NCBI GenBank assembly: GCA_963678315.1
Contig: OY782781.1
Coordinates: 2,112,001-2,176,000 of the forward strand
Reading direction: 5' to 3'
Length of the DNA stretch: 64,000 nt
From: Candidatus Cloacimonadales bacterium
Lineage (GTDB): Bacteria > Cloacimonadota > Cloacimonadia > Cloacimonadales > JAFGVF01
Part shown: piece by piece, positions 20,864-31,562 of the stretch
How positions within the stretch are numbered: the first letter of the stretch is position 1
Layout of the letters: every line of letters begins with the position of its first letter
Program-made: the position numbers and the translations under genes
The notes under the pieces: model-generated
Database searches by the model: none
Told to the model about the DNA's origin: nothing
Seen by the model: the letters and a program-made list of their open reading frames with translations, nothing else

Positions 20864-21583
20864 TTATCTATTGCAATATAGTTCCCATAACTTATTGAAA
20901 TTATTAGTAAGAGCAGATTGCATTTTTAAATCACAATTAGTAACTTCTGGAACATTATTTAGAACAACATAAGGAACTTTTGTTCTCTTGATGTCAATAT
21001 AATCAGTTTGATCTTTGACAATGTCATGCCAATCAACTTCTTTATATAATCTTTCTAGCTTATCATCAGGTAACCCATGTTCTAATATTGAATGTGGCTT
21101 ATCTGGATTAAATCTTCTTCTATTTTTACGAAGGGATTCTTCATAAGGTACATCAACATAGAAGATAGCAGACCTTTTTAAAATAGATGTGCTTAGATGC
21201 TTAAAAGCTTTCTCATAACCACCATGTTCACTTCCTCTAGAAAACTCTATCAGAAGTGTGTTTTCTTGGTGCAGATTAACGTTTTCAGCAATCATTTTAT
21301 TGTATTCTATATTGAATCTTTCAATCAAAAGATTCCATTGATAGTTATGTATAAAGTATCCATCTGTTGTTGAATGTATTCTTCCAACCTTGAGAATATT
21401 CTCACGTATATGATCTTCTTCAAACCAAGTCCATAGCATAGGAAAGTCATCTAATTCAATTAAATTAGCTATCTTATAGTCTTCGATTCTTTCAATAGTA
21501 TTTCTTCTTTTAAGGAAGTCTATGATTTCAGATTTACCTGAAGCAGGTCTTCCTAACAAAATTACAATATCAAAATGTTTCAT
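20864..21583 (-). CDS. P-loop NTPase / nucleotide-kinase-like hypothetical protein
   Basis: LLGRPASGKS Walker A near the N-terminus and an R..R lid-like segment. Confidence 0.6.
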   Translation of the reverse strand: MKHFDIVILLGRPASGKSEIIDFLKRRNTIERIEDYKIANLIELDDFPMLWTWFEEDHIRENILKVGRIHSTTDGYFIHNYQWNLLIERFNIEYNKMIAENVNLHQENTLLIEFSRGSEHGGYEKAFKHLSTSILKRSAIFYVDVPYEESLRKNRRRFNPDKPHSILEHGLPDDKLERLYKEVDWHDIVKDQTDYIDIKRTKVPYVVLNNVPEVTNCDLKMQSALTNNFNKLWELYCNR

Positions 21584-21594
21584 TGTACTCCCCT

Positions 21595-23496
21595 TTAATC
21601 AGTTAATAGAAGATACTCATCTTCCAGAATAAGTAGCTTATTAGTAGCTTTATCAATATCATTATCAAGCTCTTCAATAGTTAGCTTTAGTTCTTTTACA
21701 AGTTCATGGTCACTATAAGTAGCAGGGTCAGCAAAAAGCTCTTCAGCTTCTATTTTCTGATTTTCTAAGTCTTCTAAAAGCTCTTCAGTTTCTTCAATCT
21801 CATTCATTAGTTTATCTAAAATATAAGGATTAACTTTTTTCTTTTTATCTTTTGGCTTATTAGTATTCTTAGGCTCTTCATCTTGATTACTGTTAGTTAC
21901 TTTATCAGAAGTTAAGAAATCATCAAGTACTTTTGACCAATCTTCTTTTAGGTCTTTAATCTCTTGATCTTTGAACATCCAAAATTTACTAGCTAATTTA
22001 GATATAAAGTTTCTGTCATGAGAAACAAATATAATTGTACCATCATAAGACTGTAAGGAATCAATTAAATCATCAACCATTAATATATCTAAGTGATTAG
22101 TAGGTTCATCAAGAAGTAAAACATTAGGGTTTTGATGGATGAGCACAGCTAGATTGAGTCTTGCTTTCTCTCCCCCACTCATGTACTCAATTGCTTTATC
22201 AACCTCATCACCTCTAAAACCATACTTTGCTAAATACTTGAGCACATAACCAATTGGTTGACCAGGAGCCATAGCCCATATTGTTTCTTTTGGAGTAGAA
22301 TTTAAATCTAAAGAACTATGGAACTGATCGAAATACCCAAACTGGATGTTAGCACCAATTTTACATGTACCAGATAATAACTGTTGTTCTTGCATAAGAA
22401 TTTTAAGCAAAGTTGTTTTGCCACATCCATTCCTTCCAATTATTGCTATTCTGTCTTGGTAACCAGCTCTAAGATTAATATTTTCAGCTAATATCTTAGA
22501 AGAAAAGCCAATTAAGCCTTTCTCAATAGTATAAACATCATTACCTGTTCTTTCAGAAGTAGAAAACTTTAAATTCAATCTTTTATCATGAGAAACATCA
22601 TCAATAATATCTAATTTCTCTAATTGCTTTAACCTAGATCTTGCTTGAATAGTCTTTTGAGAACCAATGTTCTTTCTAACAAAGTCCATTGTCTTTTCAA
22701 TGTGCTTCTGTTGTTGTCTGAATGCTTTTGCTTGTTGTTCTTTCAACAAAGCAGAAGCTTCTTCATAAAAGCTATAATTTCCAGTAAATGATTTAAGCTG
22801 TTTATTATCTATTTCAAAGATTTTATTAACAGTTTTATCTAGAAAGTACTTATCGTGTGAGATAATAATGTAAGGTTTTCCAAGATTAAGGAGGTATCCT
22901 TCTAACCAGCTAATCATGTGTAAATCTAGGTGGTTAGTAGGTTCATCGAGTAGCAAGACACTATATTCAGACAATAGTATTTTTGCTAGTTCAATTCTTG
23001 TGCGTTCTCCCCCACTAAAGTTATTTATTTTTTGATCCCAGACCTCTTCTTTGAATCCTAAAGAAGTCAAGATTAGTTTGATAGAAGTCTCATAATCGTA
23101 ACCACCAATGGTAAAAAACTCTTCTTCGAGCTTTGATAGCAGATTCAAATTACTTTCACAAGGATCATTTGCCAATTGTTCTCTAACCTTTTGAAGTTGA
23201 TCTCTCTTATCAAGAAAATCACTTCTACTTACAACAACAGATTCGTATAGAGTATCTTCAGGATTAAGTGTGTCAACCTGTTTAAGATATGCTATTTTAG
23301 TCTTAGATGCAAAACCAACATTACCTTCTGATGGCTCTATCTCTTGATTAATAACCTTAAGAAGTGTTGTCTTTCCACAACCGTTTCGACCAATTAATCC
23401 AATTCGACTATCTAAATCTAGATTAAAGGAAATCTTGTTGAAGAGGGTTAATCCTCCAAATGACATTCCGACATTCTGAACTTGTATAAGACTCAA
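21595..23496 (-). CDS. ABC-F family ATP-binding protein
   Basis: Two ABC domains (GRNGCGKTT, SGGE, LLLDEPTNHLD), no TM segments, C-terminal coiled coil. Confidence 0.95.
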   Translation of the reverse strand: MSLIQVQNVGMSFGGLTLFNKISFNLDLDSRIGLIGRNGCGKTTLLKVINQEIEPSEGNVGFASKTKIAYLKQVDTLNPEDTLYESVVVSRSDFLDKRDQLQKVREQLANDPCESNLNLLSKLEEEFFTIGGYDYETSIKLILTSLGFKEEVWDQKINNFSGGERTRIELAKILLSEYSVLLLDEPTNHLDLHMISWLEGYLLNLGKPYIIISHDKYFLDKTVNKIFEIDNKQLKSFTGNYSFYEEASALLKEQQAKAFRQQQKHIEKTMDFVRKNIGSQKTIQARSRLKQLEKLDIIDDVSHDKRLNLKFSTSERTGNDVYTIEKGLIGFSSKILAENINLRAGYQDRIAIIGRNGCGKTTLLKILMQEQQLLSGTCKIGANIQFGYFDQFHSSLDLNSTPKETIWAMAPGQPIGYVLKYLAKYGFRGDEVDKAIEYMSGGEKARLNLAVLIHQNPNVLLLDEPTNHLDILMVDDLIDSLQSYDGTIIFVSHDRNFISKLASKFWMFKDQEIKDLKEDWSKVLDDFLTSDKVTNSNQDEEPKNTNKPKDKKKKVNPYILDKLMNEIEETEELLEDLENQKIEAEELFADPATYSDHELVKELKLTIEELDNDIDKATNKLLILEDEYLLLTD

Positions 23497-23504
23497 TGAT
23501 TCTC

Positions 23505-24758
23505 CTAATTCGAGTGAATAAGTTGGCCCTTTTTGTATACGGATACAACATTATTTGAACCAAAGTGATAAGGTAGATATTGGTAAGAAGGCATATCTGT
23601 TATTAAGAAATCTGCATATTTACCAACTTCAATAGATCCTACTTTATGACCAATTCCAATAGCATAAGCAGCATTTATTGTAGAAGCAACTATAGCTTCA
23701 GCAGGTGTCATTTTCATCTGTAAGCAAGCTAAAGTAATTACAAATTGCATATTATCACAATTGCATGAACCTGGGTTAAAGTCTGTCGCTAATGCTACAG
23801 AAACACCAGAATCTATCATTAAACGAGCATCAGCATACTTAGACATACCAAGTGAGAAAATAGTTCCTGGTAGTAAAGTAGCAATAACATCAGAATTAGC
23901 TAATGCTTTTATGCCATGTTCTTTAGTCGCGCCTAAATGGTCAGCTGATGTACAAGCCATTTCTACAGCAAGCTCTGCTCCACCAATTGCTTCAATTTCA
24001 TCAGCATGAATTTTCAACTTAAATCCATAATCTTTAGCACATTGCATAACTTCTCTTGACTCTTCAATAGAGTAAACATGGCCTTCAGTAAAGATATCAC
24101 AATAAGTAGCTAAACCTGATTTAGCAACTTCAGGTATCATTTCATTTTTCAAGATATCAATATAAGCACGATGATTATCTTTGTATTCAGTTGGAAACTC
24201 ATGAGCTCCCATGAAAGTGGAAATAATATGTATTTTATTGTCTTTATTCAATCTATCAATAACTCTTAATTGTTTTAGCTCAGCTTCAGTTTCTAAACCA
24301 TAACCAGATTTAGCTTCCAATGAAGTAGTTCCGCAAGAAATCATTTTTTCTATTCTTTTTTGAGCTAATTCATATAATGTATCTTCATCAGCATCTTTAG
24401 TTGTAGTCAATGTAGATCTGATTCCTCCACCTGCTTGTGAAATTTCTACATAACTCTTTCCTTGCAATCTCATTTCAAACTCATTCTCACGAGTATGAAC
24501 GAATATCGGGTGTGTGTGCGGGTCAACAAAACCAGGCATTACAACTTTGTCATTAGCGTCAATAATCTCTTCAGCTTGATAGTTATCAAGTATATTATCT
24601 GTGGTGTCAACAGCGATTATTACACCATCATTTATAGCAAAACCACCATCTTCAATAATATGAAGATTGCCCATCTCACTTCCTTTTCTAGCCCTAGCTT
24701 CACCTTTCATAGTTAAAAGTTGGTTGGCATTTATAACTATAGTCTCGACCTTTTGCAT
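23505..24758 (-). CDS. hutI: Imidazolonepropionase
   Basis: PGFVDPHTH, GGGIRST, EAKSGYGL, HADEI, ALATDFNPGS. Confidence 0.96.
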   Translation of the reverse strand: MQKVETIVINANQLLTMKGEARARKGSEMGNLHIIEDGGFAINDGVIIAVDTTDNILDNYQAEEIIDANDKVVMPGFVDPHTHPIFVHTRENEFEMRLQGKSYVEISQAGGGIRSTLTTTKDADEDTLYELAQKRIEKMISCGTTSLEAKSGYGLETEAELKQLRVIDRLNKDNKIHIISTFMGAHEFPTEYKDNHRAYIDILKNEMIPEVAKSGLATYCDIFTEGHVYSIEESREVMQCAKDYGFKLKIHADEIEAIGGAELAVEMACTSADHLGATKEHGIKALANSDVIATLLPGTIFSLGMSKYADARLMIDSGVSVALATDFNPGSCNCDNMQFVITLACLQMKMTPAEAIVASTINAAYAIGIGHKVGSIEVGKYADFLITDMPSYQYLPYHFGSNNVVSVYKKGQLIHSN

Positions 24759-24766
24759 TAGTTCTC

Positions 24767-25735
24767 CTAAATTAGCATTTCCATAAAACTTTCGATTCTA
24801 AGCTTAGTTCTTTCATCTAATGCTCCAGGTTTATCACCCTCAATCAAAAGTATTGGTTGCTTTATGTATTTTCTTAAAATTATATTATCTATTTGTCTGT
24901 GACAGAATGATTGAGTGTAGCTTATCACAGCATCTATCTGCCTATTCTCAAGCTCTTTCTGAATATCTTGAAGCCTAAAGTTGATATCATAGGGATAGGT
25001 AAAATCAAGATATTGATCTATGATGTTTTCATGTAAGTATGGCATAGAAAACTGTCTTTGTACTTCATTAAAGACTACTCTTCCGCCTAATTCTTCTAAT
25101 AAGGAATAGATATCAGTATTTATTGGTGGTACACCTAGAAAGGCTAATCTAACATCATCTTTGCGAGCTTTTCTTTCTTTTACTTCTGATATAAACTTAT
25201 CTAATTCTTCATCATATTTTCTGTAGTCTGAATTAAAGTCAGAAGATGAAACTAACCATAAATGATTCTCAAAACCTGATACTTTATTATCTTGGTAGGT
25301 TAATTTATCAAGAGTGACTAACTTTTCCCTTATCTTATCCAAGTCTCGTTTTACATTATTTACTTCATTCATAGTAACATTGTAGTATGAAGCAAAACGA
25401 TTAATTTCTTTTTCTAGCTCTTCCCTATTTCTTGAATATGGGAATGAAAATGAGTTTATTTTAAGCCCATTATCACTAAGAACAGACATCAATGAATGAG
25501 TGTTAGAACAGTCTCCCTGAACAACTCCAATTAACTCATCAATATGAGTTTCAATAGCTGTAGTATATAAACCTTTAATCCATGCACAAATATTGCGTGG
25601 GAATCCATAATTCTCAGCTTCTGAAACTAATCTTTTTGAATCACCTGTAACAAAAATATTGTTAAGATCTATGGGAATGTGCCCACTAGCAAATATCACT
25701 TCAATTGGAAGTGACGTTGTCATACCTATTTTCAT
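24767..25735 (-). CDS. 2-hydroxyacyl-CoA dehydratase (HGD-D) family protein
   Basis: GFPRNICAWIKG, GDCSNT, QSFCHR, EGD..G.LD.RT..RIESF. Confidence 0.8.
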   Translation of the reverse strand: MKIGMTTSLPIEVIFASGHIPIDLNNIFVTGDSKRLVSEAENYGFPRNICAWIKGLYTTAIETHIDELIGVVQGDCSNTHSLMSVLSDNGLKINSFSFPYSRNREELEKEINRFASYYNVTMNEVNNVKRDLDKIREKLVTLDKLTYQDNKVSGFENHLWLVSSSDFNSDYRKYDEELDKFISEVKERKARKDDVRLAFLGVPPINTDIYSLLEELGGRVVFNEVQRQFSMPYLHENIIDQYLDFTYPYDINFRLQDIQKELENRQIDAVISYTQSFCHRQIDNIILRKYIKQPILLIEGDKPGALDERTKLRIESFMEMLI

Positions 25736-25803
25736 TTAATTTCTTCTACCTAAATATTTATACTATATTACACTACAAATTCTACACAACTAATGAAACA
25801 AAG

Positions 25804-26154
25804 CTATTCAGTTTCTTCAACCTTTACTTCATTTTCATCGGTATTATCTTGTTCAACCTTATCACATTCATTGTCTATTTTAACATCTTCTTTAGCTGTA
25901 CTTTCTTCATTAGCTTTGTCACTTGCCTTTTTGGGAGCTGAATTGTTATAAGATTGATCAACTTTGAAAGAATCTTTAATTACATTTGATGCTCCGAATA
26001 GAGCTTTAAATAGAATGTATATCAAAAGACTTTGCTTATATGTAATCTTCTTTAATCCAAAAATATCAGGACAGACATTGTTCCAAACCAATTTCAAGAG
26101 TCCAGTCACTGCAAATAAGAAACCTGCTCCTTCTAATCTAATCTCATTTTTCAT
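25804..26154 (-). CDS. Hypothetical membrane protein with acidic tail
   Basis: WN...P.IFGL..IT..Q motif; a GGAG RBS lies upstream. Confidence 0.6.
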   Translation of the reverse strand: MKNEIRLEGAGFLFAVTGLLKLVWNNVCPDIFGLKKITYKQSLLIYILFKALFGASNVIKDSFKVDQSYNNSAPKKASDKANEESTAKEDVKIDNECDKVEQDNTDENEVKVEETE

Positions 26155-26248
26155 TTCAATTACTCCTTTATCTAATTTATGCCATTAAAACAACTATAAA
26201 TATGTTGGCAACAATTTTCTTATTATAGAATAGCAACTGACTTCGTCA

Positions 26249-26480
26249 TTACTTGCCTCATTGAAAAAAAGCCACTTTTTCAAGGGGGCAAGTAAGGATG
26301 TAGTAGTGAGGAATTAGTAGTGGTGGAGTGTAAGCATCCAAAGGTCCAATAGCAAGCAAGATGCTTGCGCACAATATAATGATGGAGTGTAAGCATCCAC
26401 CGATAGGTTGAACAAAGTTCATGCTTACGCAAAGACCATGCTTTATCCAGTAAGGACATTTTAGTCCCGAAGGAACGATA
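26249..26480. repeat. Patchwork of REP-like palindromes including a diverged copy of the 40.5-41.5 kb array unit
   Basis: Hairpin 26249-26295; tggagtgtaagcatcca (twice), gcaagcaagatgcttgc and taggttgaac..gttcatgcttacgc at 26324-26434; agtcccgaaggaacg near 26463. Confidence 0.75.
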
Positions 26481-26719
26481 TAGATTTTATCTCCGCTCAT
26501 AAAAATAGAACACTGTTTAGACAGATGAAATGAGTTAGGAGTGAAGTTAGCAGTGATGAAGTAAACAAAAAGTTATAATTTCTCTGCAAAAATAGATGAT
26601 TGAGATATTTTAATTGACAGTCTTACTCCTGCCTTCTATTATAGATAATACGTAATAAAATATACTATATGAGTTAGAAGTTAGCTAATTTATACTTATA
26701 AATAAGAGGAGAATTATTA

Positions 26720-28204
26720 ATGAGCATCAAAAAACTATTGATTTTTGTAGGACTGATTTTACTTTTAGTAGGGTGTAGTACTAATAAAGTTTCCAACAAT
26801 CAAAAGATTGAAGAGCCACAAGATGAAAATTTGGAATACTATCTTTCCATTGCACCTGTATTGGAAGAAATATATAGTGAAGAATTTAATTTTAATTATA
26901 AAATGGCTGTACAATATATTATTGTAGAGCCTGATTTAGATAAAGGAGCTGAATTTATTGATAGAGCTCTTGAATTATATCCTGAACACTTTGGATTGTA
27001 TATATTATTAGGTAAATTCTACGAAAACTTAGGTGTGCTAGAATATTCTTTTGATTCATATCAGGAAGCATTAAAAATGGCTCCAGATAATACAGAAGAA
27101 AAATACTTAAAAGATATTATGTTCAATATGATACTTGTTTCTAGTGACTTGGATAACCTCTGGAGAACTAAATATTTATTAGGAGAGGCTACAAAATACA
27201 AAAATTTCTTCGAAGAATATCCCTTTCTATATATATTGAAAGCAAAGAACGAATATTACTTTAATGAAGCTGATACTGCCCTGGCTACTTTAGATGAGTT
27301 TACTGAAAACAATGAAATTAATCAAGGTGCTTCATATCTTTTAGCGAAAATTTGGCAAAGCAAGGGTGATTATGTCAAAGCTCTGTTCTTCATAGATAAA
27401 CATATTGAATTCTATCCTGTTGTTGACTCCTATGTTATTAGAGCAAATATACTACATGATAAACAGGATTATGAAGCATATATGAATCAATTACATCAAA
27501 TTTATGAAATGGATGCAACTAATGCCTATGCTCTATACCATTTAGCTGAAGAATCTTATTATCAAAATGACTTTGAGAATAGTCATAAATACTTTACTGA
27601 GTTAATAGCTGTACCAGAAATTGATGACGCATACTTCAATTTCAGGATTGCTCAATCAAACAGACATTTGCAAAATTTAGAAAAAGCTGAGGAATATATT
27701 ATACTAGCAGACTCTCTTTATCAGGAGTATGAAAGTAATTTCAATGATATTGGTTTCAATTCCTATGATATACAAGTTGAGTATGCAGAACAAGAGTATA
27801 TAAAAAGTCAATTTACTGAGGCGCAAAAGCATATCCAACCAGTAATTGATTATTATCTTAATTTAGATACAGAAGAAATTGTTGATCATTACTCTAACAT
27901 TGGATGGTATTACTTACTTGCTAGTGAATATGATAAATGTATCGAGTACAGTGCTTTAGGTTTAAAATATGAACCTAAAAGTAAGAATGCACTAACTAAT
28001 ACTGGCTTATCATATCTTCATAAAGGTGATTTATTAGAAGCAGAGAAATGGTATTCTAAAGCTATTAGTCTTTATCCAGATATTAGGAGTGACAAGATCA
28101 TTATCAATGAGTTGTTAGTTGCTGCACATCATACAGGCAACAAGAAGATTATTGAGGAATTCTTACCTAAATTCTTTGACCCATATGCAAAATCAGAAGA
28201 ATAG
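26720..28204 (+). CDS. Tetratricopeptide-repeat lipoprotein
   Basis: Lipobox LVGC and multiple TPR-like helical repeats. Confidence 0.8.
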   Translation: MSIKKLLIFVGLILLLVGCSTNKVSNNQKIEEPQDENLEYYLSIAPVLEEIYSEEFNFNYKMAVQYIIVEPDLDKGAEFIDRALELYPEHFGLYILLGKFYENLGVLEYSFDSYQEALKMAPDNTEEKYLKDIMFNMILVSSDLDNLWRTKYLLGEATKYKNFFEEYPFLYILKAKNEYYFNEADTALATLDEFTENNEINQGASYLLAKIWQSKGDYVKALFFIDKHIEFYPVVDSYVIRANILHDKQDYEAYMNQLHQIYEMDATNAYALYHLAEESYYQNDFENSHKYFTELIAVPEIDDAYFNFRIAQSNRHLQNLEKAEEYIILADSLYQEYESNFNDIGFNSYDIQVEYAEQEYIKSQFTEAQKHIQPVIDYYLNLDTEEIVDHYSNIGWYYLLASEYDKCIEYSALGLKYEPKSKNALTNTGLSYLHKGDLLEAEKWYSKAISLYPDIRSDKIIINELLVAAHHTGNKKIIEEFLPKFFDPYAKSEE

Positions 28205-28350
28205 CTGAAATTTTAATAATCAATATTATTACTTAATCCAATTTTGTAATGATAAAATTATACATATTAGCTTGAAAAATGAATTGACATCTTTAATCAA
28301 ATCAAGAATTTGTGAATAAAAATATAAAATATAATAATTAAGGAGTTAAT

Positions 28351-29598
28351 ATGCCTATATTTAGACCATTTAAAGCTGTTAGACCAGTAGCAGAAAAAGC
28401 TAAAGCAATAGCTTCATTACCTTATGATGTGATGGACTCAAACGAAGCAAGAGAAGAACTTGCAAGAAATCCTCTTAGCTTCATCAAAGTTGAAAAAGCT
28501 GAAGTTACATTACCTGAGGGTACAGACCTTTACAGTGAAGCTGTATATAACAAAGCTAAAGAAAATTTATATACTTATCTAAAAGATGGTGACATGATTC
28601 AAGACGAAAAAGCTGCATTTTATGTGTATCGTCAAATCATGGATGGAAGAGTTCAAATTGGTTTAGTTGGTTGTACTGCAACAGAAGACTACATGAACAA
28701 CTTAATCAAAAAGCATGAGCTTACTAGAGCTGCTAAAGAAGCTGATAGAATCAAACATGTTGATACATGTGATGCTCACTCTTCACCTGTATTCTTTACT
28801 TATAGACATAGAGAAGATATCGATGCTATAGTTAATAAAGTAATTGCTGGCACTCCAGAATATGACTTTGTATCAGATGATGGTATTGCTCATACTTTAT
28901 GGTTACTTAATGAAGATGCTGATATCGAAGCTATTTCTGCAGCTTTCAACGATATGAACTACTTATATGTTGCTGATGGTCATCATAGAACTGCTTCTGC
29001 TGCAAAAGTAGGTCTTCTTAGAAAAGAAGCAAATCCTAACCACACTGGCGAAGAAGAATATAACTTCTTTATGACTGTTATCTTCCCTGATAACCAATTA
29101 TATATCATGGACTATAACCGTGTAGTTAAAGATTTAAATGGTCACTCAACAGAAGAATTCTTCAATTTAATCCAAGAAAAATTTGATTGTGTTGAATTTG
29201 ATGGTCAAGGTGCGTATTCACCAGAAGCAAGACATGACTTTGGTATGTATATCAACAAAAAATGGTATAAGTTAACTGCTAAAGAAGGAACATTCGATCC
29301 AGAATCACCAACAAAATCTTTAGACGTTTCTATTCTTCAAGAAAACTTATTACACCCTATTCTTGCTATCGGTGATCCAAGAACTGATGAAAGAATTGAC
29401 TTTATTGGTGGAATCAGAGGTTTATCTGAATTAGAAAAAAGAGTTGATTCAGGTAGAGAAGTTGTTGCATTTGCTATGTTCCCAACTTCAATTGAAGAGT
29501 TAATGAACATTGCTGATGCAGGAGAAATTATGCCTCCAAAATCAACATGGTTTGAACCTAAATTACGTTCAGGTATGTTTATTCACTTATTAAAATAA
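28351..29598 (+). CDS. DUF1015 family protein
   Basis: PYDV, IKKHELTR, YVADGHHRTASA, MPPKSTWFEPKLRSG. Confidence 0.92.
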   Translation: MPIFRPFKAVRPVAEKAKAIASLPYDVMDSNEAREELARNPLSFIKVEKAEVTLPEGTDLYSEAVYNKAKENLYTYLKDGDMIQDEKAAFYVYRQIMDGRVQIGLVGCTATEDYMNNLIKKHELTRAAKEADRIKHVDTCDAHSSPVFFTYRHREDIDAIVNKVIAGTPEYDFVSDDGIAHTLWLLNEDADIEAISAAFNDMNYLYVADGHHRTASAAKVGLLRKEANPNHTGEEEYNFFMTVIFPDNQLYIMDYNRVVKDLNGHSTEEFFNLIQEKFDCVEFDGQGAYSPEARHDFGMYINKKWYKLTAKEGTFDPESPTKSLDVSILQENLLHPILAIGDPRTDERIDFIGGIRGLSELEKRVDSGREVVAFAMFPTSIEELMNIADAGEIMPPKSTWFEPKLRSGMFIHLLK

Positions 29599-29620
29599 GA
29601 CTAATATTAAAGTTAAATAA

Positions 29621-29652
29621 AAGAAAGGCTAGTGAATTATCGCTAGCCTTTA
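29621..29652. terminator. Bidirectional terminator between convergent genes
   Basis: aaaggctagtga-atta-tcgctagccttt stem-loop. Confidence 0.7.
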
Positions 29653-29673
29653 ATATATATATAAGGTATAATA

Positions 29674-30744
29674 TTACAGTTCTTTAACGATTATATATAA
29701 AGCTCTTTTTAAGTCTTGGTATTCACAAGAATAAGAAATCCTAATATAATTAGTCAATCTTTGAGAAAAAGCGACACCTGGAATAACAATTACACCTTTA
29801 GTTAACAATTTTTCTGCAAAAAGGTATCCATCTTCACCTATGTTAATAAAAAGATAAGGAGCACTTGCTGCTTCATAGGATAATCTATTAATTAGCATTT
29901 CACTTACTAGCTTAAAGTTAAGTCTAAGCTTAACCCTAAGTTCTCTTTGGTAAAGTTTACTTTCGCTGTTAAAAGCTTCTTCAATCAATCTTTGCCCTAT
30001 ATAATTTGCACAGGTTGATATGTATTGATGGGATACTGTTATCTTTTCTGCTAAATCTTGTGGAGCAATTACCCAGCCAATACGCCAACCAGTCATACAG
30101 TGTGATTTAGATAAACCTGAAATTACAATGTGCTTATCGGTAAAATCTAAGACAGAATATGGATATTCCTTTAAATACAAGTCTCTATATATTTCATCAG
30201 AAATAATATAAATATTATTATCATGAGCTAAATCAATAAGCTTCTTCATAGATTCTTTGTTAATGATTGTACCTGTAGGATTATTAGGGTTATTAATAAT
30301 TATTGCTTTAGTGTTAGGAGTAATCTTATCCCTTATTCGTTTAACATCTATGTCATAATCTCTAAATTCATTCAAACTGTATACTACAGGGCTTGCCCCA
30401 AACATCTTGATAATAGACTCGTAAGCAGAAAAACCTGGGTCAGGTATTAATATCTCATCACCACTGCTGAGTAAAGTCTGCAAGCTTGCATAAAGAGCTT
30501 CTTCTGCCCCATTGGTTATAACAACTTGTTCAGCTTTAACATTATCGTATTGATTAGCTATTGCACTCCTTGAATTATACAAACCTGCATTTGGAGTGTA
30601 TTGGATCTTTTCTTCTAAGAGAACTTTAAGAGCTAAAGAATTAAGATTCTCAGGCATATCATAAGGAAGTTGCCCAAGTCCTAAGTTGATAGCATCCTTA
30701 GGAGCTTTATCAAAGATTTCTCGAATAACAGATTTCTTAACCAT
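29674..30744 (-). CDS. PLP-dependent aminotransferase class I/II
   Basis: NNPNNPTG, ISDEIY, SGLSKSHCMTGWRIG. Confidence 0.92.
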   Translation of the reverse strand: MVKKSVIREIFDKAPKDAINLGLGQLPYDMPENLNSLALKVLLEEKIQYTPNAGLYNSRSAIANQYDNVKAEQVVITNGAEEALYASLQTLLSSGDEILIPDPGFSAYESIIKMFGASPVVYSLNEFRDYDIDVKRIRDKITPNTKAIIINNPNNPTGTIINKESMKKLIDLAHDNNIYIISDEIYRDLYLKEYPYSVLDFTDKHIVISGLSKSHCMTGWRIGWVIAPQDLAEKITVSHQYISTCANYIGQRLIEEAFNSESKLYQRELRVKLRLNFKLVSEMLINRLSYEAASAPYLFINIGEDGYLFAEKLLTKGVIVIPGVAFSQRLTNYIRISYSCEYQDLKRALYIIVKEL

Positions 30745-30746
30745 AA

Positions 30747-31562
30747 CTACCTCAATAAGGATTCTAATTCTACTGATGCGGAGCTAGAAGCATCACGGTA
30801 CTTAATGATTATTGGACAATATATTTGAAATTGAGGATTTGATTTTAAAGGTCTAGAACCAGGAACAACAACTGCATTTTCTGGAACAATAGGAGCACCT
30901 TCAGTTTTTAAGAACTCATCTATTGTAGCGTCATAGATAGGAGTTCCATTAGTTATAATAGTTCCTGGGGCAATTATAGCACCGGATTTGACTAAAACAC
31001 CTTCGTAGATACCAGTATTTCCGCCGATAAAAGCATTATCTTCGATTATTACAGGAGCAGCATTAATTGGTTCAATAACCCCACCAATCATAGCTCCAGC
31101 TGATAGATGTACATTCTTGCCTATCTGAGCACAAGAACCAACTAAGGCATGAGAGTCAACCATGGTTCCTTGATCAACATAAGCTCCAACATTGATATAC
31201 ATTGGAGGCATCATAGTAACACCTTTAGCAACATAGCAACCTGTTCTAACTGAAGAGCCTCCGGGAACCATACGTATTCCTTGATCAGCAGTAAAAGTTC
31301 TTTCAGGATAAGTATTCTTGTCTGTGAAATTCTTATTAGTATAAGCTGGGACATCTACAATTTCACCCAATTTGAAACCTAGAAGAATTCCTTTTTTTAC
31401 CCACTCATTAACAACCCATTCACCATTAACCTTTTCAGCAGAACGAATCTCTCCGCTATTAAGTTTGCTTATAAATTCAGCAAATGTATCTAACGCTTGA
31501 TCTTTGTTATAATCTGTTTTAGAAAAATACTCTAATATTCTTTCTTTAAGCATTTTAAACAC
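30747..31562 (-). CDS. dapD: 2,3,4,5-tetrahydropyridine-2,6-dicarboxylate N-succinyltransferase
   Basis: [32 protein letters not shown] and hexapeptide repeats. Confidence 0.95.
   Translation of the reverse strand: MFKMLKERILEYFSKTDYNKDQALDTFAEFISKLNSGEIRSAEKVNGEWVVNEWVKKGILLGFKLGEIVDVPAYTNKNFTDKNTYPERTFTADQGIRMVPGGSSVRTGCYVAKGVTMMPPMYINVGAYVDQGTMVDSHALVGSCAQIGKNVHLSAGAMIGGVIEPINAAPVIIEDNAFIGGNTGIYEGVLVKSGAIIAPGTIITNGTPIYDATIDEFLKTEGAPIVPENAVVVPGSRPLKSNPQFQIYCPIIIKYRDASSSASVELESLLR

Noticed and set aside
26258..26500. 80-aa ORF
   Set aside because: It overlaps the REP-like repeats and has no recognisable protein features.
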